Shown here: one piece after another, positions 8,193-15,208 of the stretch
How positions within the stretch are numbered: the first letter of the stretch is position 1
Layout of the letters: each line of letters begins with the position of its first letter
IMG/VR virus record: IMGVR_UViG_3300031228_000004
Location: 2,320-66,319 of that record
DNA from: a virus
Reading direction: 5' to 3' (one strand)
Length of the DNA stretch: 64,000 nucleotides
Notes under the pieces: model-generated
Database searches by the model: none
What the model saw: only the letters and a program-made list of their open reading frames with translations
Told to the model about the DNA's origin: nothing
Translations under genes and position numbers: made by a program

Positions 8193-9008
8193 TTGAAGAT
8201 CGCAGTAACAGGTGGTGCCGGGTTCTTTGGCCGCGCCACCATCGAAGCCGCCGAGCAGGCGGGGCATGAGGTGTGGGCGTTCGACCGTACGCAGGGCCTG
8301 GACGTCCTCGGCAGCCTGCACGCCCTCGAAGGCGCCGATGCGGTGATACATCTCGCCGGGGTCCTCGGCACGTCGGAGTTGTTCGACATGGCGGAGACCG
8401 CCATCCACGTCAACGTGATTGGCACGCTGCGCGTGCTGGAGTGGTGCCGCGAGCACGACGCCCGCTACGTCGGCGTCTCGATGCCGGACCCGTTCCCCAG
8501 CGTGTACACCGCGACGAAGGTCGCCGCCCGACGGCTGACCACCGCCTGGCATCACGCGTACGGGCTGCCCGTGTCGACGGTGCGGGCGTTCAACGGGTAC
8601 GGCCCCTACCAGCACTACGGGCCGGGCCACCCGCAGAAGATCGTGCCCACCTTCGCTCGAGCGGCGTGGGAGAACCGGCCGCTGCCGATCTGGGGTGATG
8701 GCGAGCAGGCCATGGACCTCGTGCACGCCGACGACGTCGGGCGGATGCTCGTTGAGGCCACCGGATACGGCGATGACGAGACGTTCGACGCGGGCACCGG
8801 CGTGGCGGTCACCGTGAACGAGCTGGCGGAGTTCGTGCTGAAGGAGACCGGCAGCCGGGCGGGCATCGAGCATCTGCCGATGCGTGCGGGTGAGGTGCCG
8901 GTGCAGATCACCGCGACGGGTGAGGGCTGGGACCGGCTGGACTGGAAGCCGGAGTTGGACTGGGATCGGATTGCTGAGACTGTGAGGTGGTACCGCGATG
9001 GCCGCTGA
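8193..9008 (+). CDS. NAD-dependent sugar epimerase/reductase (extended SDR)
   Basis: KIAVTGGAGFFG, VIHLAG, YTATK, RAFNGYGP, DLVHADDVG; TTG start with GGAG RBS. Confidence 0.85.
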   Translation: MKIAVTGGAGFFGRATIEAAEQAGHEVWAFDRTQGLDVLGSLHALEGADAVIHLAGVLGTSELFDMAETAIHVNVIGTLRVLEWCREHDARYVGVSMPDPFPSVYTATKVAARRLTTAWHHAYGLPVSTVRAFNGYGPYQHYGPGHPQKIVPTFARAAWENRPLPIWGDGEQAMDLVHADDVGRMLVEATGYGDDETFDAGTGVAVTVNELAEFVLKETGSRAGIEHLPMRAGEVPVQITATGEGWDRLDWKPELDWDRIAETVRWYRDGR

Positions 9009-9657
9009 CGTTGCTGTGATCACGGCGGTGTACGACGCCTACGACACGATCAAACCGGTTCTGCCGCAGGACGGTGTCGAGGTGGAGTGGATCCTCGTCA
9101 CCGACACGCCGCCGGACGCTGGCGCGGCGCAGGGGTGGACGGTTGTGCATGAGCCGCGCCCGGATGTGCCTCCAGTGCGGGCGGCGAAGCGGCCGAAGTT
9201 CGAGCCGTGGCGGTACACGGATGCGGCCGCGTCGATCTGGGTGGACGCCTCGTTCCGTGTCGCCTCACCCGACTTCGCGACCGGGGCCATGGAGTACGCG
9301 ACGCCGATCGCGCAGTTCGTGCACCCGTGGCGAGACTGCCTGTACTTGGAGGCCGTCGAGGTGGCTGCGCTCGGTAAGGACCCGGACGGCGCGGCGGCGT
9401 GGCAGACGCGCCGGTATCGGGAGGCGGGGCATCCGGAGCACTGGGGTTTGTGGGCGTCGGGTGTGATCGCGCGGAAGCATACGGCGGCGGTGAAGCGGAT
9501 GGGTGCGGCGTGGGCGCGTGAGGTCGAGTCGGGTTCGGCGCGGGATCAGGTGTCGCAGCCGTTCGTGTTGCGTGCGGCGAAGTTGAAGCCGGTGGCGTTG
9601 CCGGGTACGCATCTGTCGAATCCGTGGCTGAAGTACGAGGGGAGCGGGAGGCACTGA
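8998..9657 (+). CDS. DUF616/TOD1-MUCI70-like glycosyltransferase
   Basis: VITAVYDAYD, ILVTD, KRPKF, IWVDASF, HPWRDCLYLEA, RDQVS. Confidence 0.75.
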   Translation: MAADVAVITAVYDAYDTIKPVLPQDGVEVEWILVTDTPPDAGAAQGWTVVHEPRPDVPPVRAAKRPKFEPWRYTDAAASIWVDASFRVASPDFATGAMEYATPIAQFVHPWRDCLYLEAVEVAALGKDPDGAAAWQTRRYREAGHPEHWGLWASGVIARKHTAAVKRMGAAWAREVESGSARDQVSQPFVLRAAKLKPVALPGTHLSNPWLKYEGSGRH

Positions 9658-9950
9658 TGAGCGAGCAGGTACCGAGCGTTGGTCGAATCGTTCACTACGT
9701 GAGTCACGGGACCCCGGTCCGGGAGGACGGCACGCAAGCGTACGCGCCGAAGTGCCGGGCGGCGATCATCACGGACGTCCCTCAGTACCTTCTGGCGGAG
9801 CCGTTCGATGGCTGCCCGAACGGCACCGGGGGGCAGTGGATCGCGTCGCTCGCCGTCCTCAACCCGACCGGCATGTTCTTCGACCAAGCCCTCTCGCAGG
9901 ACGAGGACACCCGCGAGGGCGGTACGTGGCACTGGCCGGAGCGTGTGTGA
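9657..9950 (+). CDS. conserved phage hypothetical protein
   Basis: PSVGRIVHY...RAAIIT...GTWHWPERV motif recurrent in phage proteins. Confidence 0.75.
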   Translation: MSEQVPSVGRIVHYVSHGTPVREDGTQAYAPKCRAAIITDVPQYLLAEPFDGCPNGTGGQWIASLAVLNPTGMFFDQALSQDEDTREGGTWHWPERV

Positions 9951-10390
9951 TGGCGAGCATCGAGATCGGCGGCGGGAAACTCGCCCAACGCGGCTGGATC
10001 AACCTCGACCCGCAGCACGGCACCGGCCCATGGCAGCGCCTCGCACAAGACACGCCATGGCCCACCGGCGACCACACCATCGAGGGCATACGCGCCTCCC
10101 ACGTGATGGAGCACATCCCCGCCGGAGATCCCCGGATCGCGGTCCTCAACGAAGCCCACCGCGTCCTCCACCCCGGCGGCGTGTTCGAGATCCGCGTACC
10201 CAACGCACTGTCCGGGACCTGGCACGCGTTCGCCGACCCGACGCACGTCAGCTTCTGGTGCGTGGAGTCGTTCCACTACCTCGACGGGACGAAAGCCGCG
10301 CACGCCGACTACGGCCTCCGTCCGTGGAAGACGAGGGAACTGCGGATCCAAGGCGACAACGAGATCCTGTGGATCGGCAGCCCGCGGTGA
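9950..10390 (+). CDS. class I SAM-dependent methyltransferase
   Basis: IEIGGG motif I, INLD, ASHVMEHI, EAHRVLHPGG, DPTHVSFW; type common in glycan loci. Confidence 0.82.
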   Translation: MASIEIGGGKLAQRGWINLDPQHGTGPWQRLAQDTPWPTGDHTIEGIRASHVMEHIPAGDPRIAVLNEAHRVLHPGGVFEIRVPNALSGTWHAFADPTHVSFWCVESFHYLDGTKAAHADYGLRPWKTRELRIQGDNEILWIGSPR

Positions 10391-10632
10391 ATCGTCCCGG
10401 CCGCGGCGAAGAGCCGCTCATCCACTCCGGCATTACCGACGTTCTGGAAGACGCGCACCCCCTCGCGCACGAGACGACGTACTGCGACGGGACCGATTGC
10501 GGCGAGATGCTGCACGCCTGCAACAACGAGAACATGACGACCTGGGTTGAGGCCCACAAGGGAAACTACTGCCTGCCGTGCTTCACGGCATTGGACGAGG
10601 CACACGGCGTCGACGGGTGGTCCGGTGAGTGA
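10387..10632 (+). CDS. small Zn-binding hypothetical protein
   Basis: YCDGTDC...YCLPC; 4-bp overlap upstream and short overlap downstream. Confidence 0.55.
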   Translation: MNRPGRGEEPLIHSGITDVLEDAHPLAHETTYCDGTDCGEMLHACNNENMTTWVEAHKGNYCLPCFTALDEAHGVDGWSGE

Positions 10633-11191
10633 GCCGGTCGTGACGGTCGTGGTCCCGTACCACGCGGCCCGCGTGAAGAACGGCATGCTCAAACGCGCGG
10701 TCGACTCCGTCAACCGGCAGACCGCACCCCACCTGCTGATCACCGTCGAAGACACCCTCGGCCAAGGCGCCGCCAAGACTCGGCAACGCGGCCTCGACCA
10801 AGTCACCACCGAATGGACCGCGTTCCTCGACTCCGACGACGAGATGGACCCCACCCACCTGCAACAACTCCTCGCCTACGCCGAACAGACCGGCGCCGAC
10901 TACGTGTACCCGTGGTTCCGGGTGGTCGGCGGACGCGACCCGTTCCCCATGTTCTTCGGCAAACCGTGGGACGACGCCCACCCGCACTCGACCACCATCA
11001 CCATCCTGGTGCGCACCGAGCTGGCGAAGACAGTCGGGTTCACCGGAGCCGGTGAGGACTTCCGCTTCACCAAAGGCTGCATCACCGCTGGCGCGAAGAT
11101 CGTGCACTACCCGGCGAAGACGTGGACGTGGCACCACGGGCCGCAGAACACGAGCGGCCGACCGAACCGCGGCGACGCCCGACACCGCTGA
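10625..11191 (+). CDS. glycosyltransferase family 2 (GT-A)
   Basis: VTVVVPY, RAVDSV..Q, GAAKTRQRGL, EWTAFLDSDD, GEDFRF. Confidence 0.85.
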   Translation: MSEPVVTVVVPYHAARVKNGMLKRAVDSVNRQTAPHLLITVEDTLGQGAAKTRQRGLDQVTTEWTAFLDSDDEMDPTHLQQLLAYAEQTGADYVYPWFRVVGGRDPFPMFFGKPWDDAHPHSTTITILVRTELAKTVGFTGAGEDFRFTKGCITAGAKIVHYPAKTWTWHHGPQNTSGRPNRGDARHR

Positions 11192-11302
11192 GTGGCGCCC
11201 CTTGTGCGCTTCTTCCCGGGGGCGCCCACGGGTCAATGAGGGCTCACGAGTACAAAAACCCTGGCGCACGGCCAGCGTACGAGGCGGCGACCAGACCCCA
11301 CT

Positions 11303-11335
11303 CCGGACAGCACACGCCCGAACAGCAGCCACAAT
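11303..11335 (+). promoter_or_regulatory. degenerate candidate late promoter (leaderless terL)
   Basis: CCGGACAGCAC-N16-CACAAT-N7-ATG(11343). Confidence 0.45.
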
Positions 11336-11342
11336 CCCAAGC

Positions 11343-12776
11343 ATGACCACCGAGGACTGGGAGCACTTCTTTCTCACCCCGATCGACTGGATCGAGCGTG
11401 AGCGCGCTGCCGCCCCGGACGCCATCCGCCGCCGAGCGGGATCGACCACAGGCGAACAGCTATCCGCTGCCACAAGCCCACGATGGACCCCGCTACCCCA
11501 CCAGATCCCGCCGGAGGGCGACTTCTACGGCTGGCTCTTGCTGGCCGGCCGAATGGCAGGCAAGACCGACGCCTGCGCCGCATACGTCCACGACCACGTC
11601 CACGGGCCGCCCTGCCTGCCCGGCCCCGTCCCGCACTGGATCGCCATCATCGGACCAACCCTCGGCGACGCCGTCACCTCATGCTTCTCCGGTCCATCCG
11701 GCCTGAGCGTCCACAGCCCAGACGCCAAACTTGCCACCGTCAAAGGCAGCACCATCGTTCGATGGCCTAACGGATCCGAAGCGAAGATCTTCGGCACGAA
11801 CGGCCCGAACGAAGTTGACCGTCTGCGTTCCGGCGGCAACCGATGCCTCGCATGGCTCGAAGAGTTGGCGGCGTGGCGGCATCTCGATGCCGCATGGAAC
11901 CACATGCGGTTCGGCCTCCGCGTCGGCCCACGCCCGCACTGGGTCGCATCCACGACACCGAAGCCCAAGCCCCTCATCAAGCAGCTGCACTCCGGCGCGG
12001 TCGCGAACGTCGAGTTGACACACGCCAGCTACCGCGACAACCCGCACATCTCCGAGGACATCAAAGCCTCCCTGGAAGAACGGTATGCGGGCACGCAGCT
12101 TGGCCGTCAGGAACTGTACGGCGAGCTGATCGAAGAAGACGAGAACGCACTCTGGCAGCACACGATGATCGACGACGCGCGCGTACGCCCCGGCGACGTC
12201 CCGGACCTCGTACGAATCACGGTCGGCGTCGACCCGTCCGGCGGGGCCGGAGAGCAGGGCATCGTCGTCGTCGGGAAGTCTGGGCTTGTGCTGCCAGGCG
12301 ATGGCGGCCGGCCGCAGCACCACGGCTACGTCCTCGACGACCGTTCGTGCCAGTTGTCGCCCGATGGGTGGGGCCGGCGCGCGGTGCAGGCCGCGATCGA
12401 CTGGGAAGCCGACGACATCGTGGTGGAGCGAAATTTCGGAGGGGACATGGCTGTGGCAACACTGCGCGCGGCGGCCGATGCTCTCGGCGTGGACATCCCG
12501 ATCCGAACCGTCACCGCGACGCGGGGCAAGGCGGTGCGAGCGGAGCCGGTGGCGGCACTCACTGCACAGAACCGGTGGCATCACGCTGGCGAGTTCCCGA
12601 AGCTGGAGGACCAGATGGCGACCTGGTATCCGGAGGCTGGTTGGTCACCGGATCGCCTCGACGCGGCCGTTTGGGGAGCGTGGCATCTGAAGCTCGTGGG
12701 TACGGCGGCGCGCGGTACGGGTTCGTTGGGTGGGGAGTTGGCCAGAAAGCAGATCGTCGGCGGGCGCGTACGTTGA
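11343..12776 (+). CDS. terL: terminase large subunit
   Basis: Walker A region AGRMAGKT, Walker B AWLEE, GRQELYGE, nuclease VGVDPS, DDIVVERNFGG, SPDRLDA. Confidence 0.92.
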   Translation: MTTEDWEHFFLTPIDWIERERAAAPDAIRRRAGSTTGEQLSAATSPRWTPLPHQIPPEGDFYGWLLLAGRMAGKTDACAAYVHDHVHGPPCLPGPVPHWIAIIGPTLGDAVTSCFSGPSGLSVHSPDAKLATVKGSTIVRWPNGSEAKIFGTNGPNEVDRLRSGGNRCLAWLEELAAWRHLDAAWNHMRFGLRVGPRPHWVASTTPKPKPLIKQLHSGAVANVELTHASYRDNPHISEDIKASLEERYAGTQLGRQELYGELIEEDENALWQHTMIDDARVRPGDVPDLVRITVGVDPSGGAGEQGIVVVGKSGLVLPGDGGRPQHHGYVLDDRSCQLSPDGWGRRAVQAAIDWEADDIVVERNFGGDMAVATLRAAADALGVDIPIRTVTATRGKAVRAEPVAALTAQNRWHHAGEFPKLEDQMATWYPEAGWSPDRLDAAVWGAWHLKLVGTAARGTGSLGGELARKQIVGGRVR

Positions 12777-12780
12777 CGGC

Positions 12781-13215
12781 ATGGAGACTTGGCTGCTGCT
12801 GCTCGTGATGTCGCTCGCGGTGTACCGGCTGACGCGGTTGATCGTGGCCGACACGTTCCCTCCGGTGCTGTGGTTGCGTGACCGGGTCGCGGGCGGTTGG
12901 CGTGAGCCGACGATGAAGGAGCAGCACCATGAGCTGTTTCCGACCGGCGAGGTTGAGGAGCACACGCTCAAGTCGGTACCGGGCCTGGGGATGTTCCGGC
13001 TCGTCGAGGGTGAGTTGTTCATCTACGCCCGTCGGTGGAAGCGGTCGCCGTTCTGGCTGGCCGAGTTGATCTCGTGCCCGTGGTGCTGCTCGGGCTGGGT
13101 CGCGCTCGCGGTGACGGCCGGGACGTGGGCCACGGTCGGGCTGCCGGTGCCGTTGCTGGTGTGGCCTGCGGTGTGGGCGGCCGGGGCGTTGATCGCGGCA
13201 CAGGAATGGGCGTGA
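12781..13215 (+). CDS. DUF1360-like membrane protein with CPWC (CxxC) motif
   Basis: LAVYRLTRLIVAD...LISCPWCCSGW followed by two hydrophobic helices. Confidence 0.75.
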   Translation: METWLLLLVMSLAVYRLTRLIVADTFPPVLWLRDRVAGGWREPTMKEQHHELFPTGEVEEHTLKSVPGLGMFRLVEGELFIYARRWKRSPFWLAELISCPWCCSGWVALAVTAGTWATVGLPVPLLVWPAVWAAGALIAAQEWA

Positions 13216-13334
13216 CGATTCCTGTGGGATCGTCACGCGTGAGGGCCGGTTCCCCCCGGGCTCTTGTGGTGGGGTGGGGAGCCGTCTACGTTCGGGCGTT
13301 CCGCAGGCGGCTCCCCTGGCTCTCCACTCCCCGC

Positions 13335-13367
13335 CCGGAATGATCTTCACCGGCTAGTGCCTACCGT
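13335..13367 (+). promoter_or_regulatory. candidate late promoter upstream of portal
   Basis: CCGGAATGATC-N16-TACCGT. Confidence 0.65.
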
Positions 13368-13408
13368 CACCCGCAGACCCCATCCACGGGAGCAGCGGGA
13401 GCCGACAA

Positions 13409-15208
13409 ATGGCCTGGTACCACGCCTTTACGCGTCGCGGCCCCATGCCCGCGCCCAAGCCGCACACCCCCGACCAACCCAACGCAATCACCGCAGCCGC
13501 AGCCCCCGTCACCAGCCCCAGAACCGAACTCATCCGCAACACCGACACCTGGCAACAAGAAGCCTGGCAGTTCTACAACGACCTCGGCGAACTCCGATAC
13601 GCCGTCGAGTGGATCAGCGCCATGCTCTCCCGCGTACGCGTCTACGCCGCGAAAATCGAACCCGGCGAAGACGAACCCGTACGCGCAACAGCCGGGGCAG
13701 CCGTCGACCTCATGACCACCCTCGGCGGAGGCGTCGCCGCACAAGCACAACTCATGTCAGCCATGGCCACCCAACTCGCCGTCCCCGGCGAAGGCTATTT
13801 GGTCGGCGAGACCATCAACGGCGTCGAGCAATGGGCGGTCCGCTCCACCGACGAAGTCCGCGCCGCCCGCGGCCACTACGAAGTCATCGACGAGAACTCG
13901 GCGAACGGCGGCGCGCAGTGGCGCCCGCTCGGCTCCAACTCGCTGGTGACTCGCGTGTGGCGCCCGCACAAGCGCTACCACTACATGGCCGACTCCCCAG
14001 CCCGCGCGGCCCGCTCCACGATGCGCGAGCTGGAGCTGGTGAACCGGCACATCGTCAGCCAGTACCTCAGCAGGCTCGCCTCCGCAGGCGTGTGGTTCGT
14101 GCCGTCCGAGGTCACCTTCCCCGTGCGGGAGGAGTTCGCCGACGCCCCGGATCCGTTCATGGCCGAGTGGATCGAGATCGCCGCCGAAGCCATCCGCACG
14201 CCGGGCACCGCGGCGGCAACTGTGCCTATCCCGATCAAGGTTCCGGAAGAACTGATCGGCAAGTTCCAGCACCTCGACTTCACGATGAAGCTCGACGAGA
14301 AGATCCTGGAGAAGCGTGACTCCGCGATCAAGCGTCTCGCCACCCAGCTCAACCTTCCTGCCGAAGTCCTCCTCGGTATGGGCGACGTCAACCACTGGGG
14401 CCAGTGGATGTTGGAAGAGTCCGCGGTCAAGACCAACATCGCGCCCGAAGCCGAACTGATCTGCCAGGCCCTCACCACTGGCTACCTCCAGCCCCGGCTG
14501 AAGGCGTCCGGCGTGGAGGACTTCGCGCAGTGGGTCGTCTGGTACGACCTGTCCGAGCTGACGCTGCGCCCGGACCGCTCCGACGACGCCATCCAGCTGT
14601 ACGACCGGCTGGAGATCAACGGCGCAGCACTCCGCCGCGAAACCGGGTTCAACGAGGACGACCGGCCCGAGGGCGACGAGCTCCACGACCAGGGCCTCAA
14701 AGTCATCATCAAGAGCCTGCCGACCGCAGCAGCCAGCGCCCTCTCACAACTCACCGGCCAAGCCAACGAGGTCACCCAAACCACCGACACGACGCCCCGC
14801 GCTCCCGCCGATCCGGAACCTCCACCCGAGGACCGGACACCGCCCGACACCCGCAGCGAACCACCACCAACGAACGAGGCGGCACGGCAGGCAGCGGCCG
14901 ACGCACGCTCCGAACGCATGGCCCAACAGGCGAAAGCCCTCCACGCAGTCAGGTTCGCTGCTGGCCGTCCGCCGGACCTGCTGCACCCGGCGCTGTGTTC
15001 CTCGCACGCCTACTCCTGCCCGTTCACGCACGCGGCGGCCAAGCTGGCGACGCTCCCTCGGCCGGGCACGTCGGGCGTGTACGAGGCGCGGCTGTCCGCG
15101 TTCGGGCAGCTCACGATCGGCCGGCTGTCCCCGCATCTGGACACCACGGGTTTTCTGACCACCGTCTCCCCTCGGAGTTCCAATGGGTTCGCTCACGGCC
15201 GCCGCTGA
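13409..15208 (+). CDS. portal protein
   Basis: Follows terL; WQQEAWQFYNDLGELRYAVEW, RVWRPH, RLASAG, E.LLGMGDVNHW motifs of actinophage portals. Confidence 0.85.
   Translation: MAWYHAFTRRGPMPAPKPHTPDQPNAITAAAAPVTSPRTELIRNTDTWQQEAWQFYNDLGELRYAVEWISAMLSRVRVYAAKIEPGEDEPVRATAGAAVDLMTTLGGGVAAQAQLMSAMATQLAVPGEGYLVGETINGVEQWAVRSTDEVRAARGHYEVIDENSANGGAQWRPLGSNSLVTRVWRPHKRYHYMADSPARAARSTMRELELVNRHIVSQYLSRLASAGVWFVPSEVTFPVREEFADAPDPFMAEWIEIAAEAIRTPGTAAATVPIPIKVPEELIGKFQHLDFTMKLDEKILEKRDSAIKRLATQLNLPAEVLLGMGDVNHWGQWMLEESAVKTNIAPEAELICQALTTGYLQPRLKASGVEDFAQWVVWYDLSELTLRPDRSDDAIQLYDRLEINGAALRRETGFNEDDRPEGDELHDQGLKVIIKSLPTAAASALSQLTGQANEVTQTTDTTPRAPADPEPPPEDRTPPDTRSEPPPTNEAARQAAADARSERMAQQAKALHAVRFAAGRPPDLLHPALCSSHAYSCPFTHAAAKLATLPRPGTSGVYEARLSAFGQLTIGRLSPHLDTTGFLTTVSPRSSNGFAHGRR

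Noticed and set aside
5829-11191. DNA hypermodification (glucosylated base) cluster
   Set aside because: No hydroxymethylase, TET/JBP, dNMP kinase or phage DNA polymerase seen, and the cassette carries the late-promoter motif. Not excluded, but less likely than protein glycosylation.
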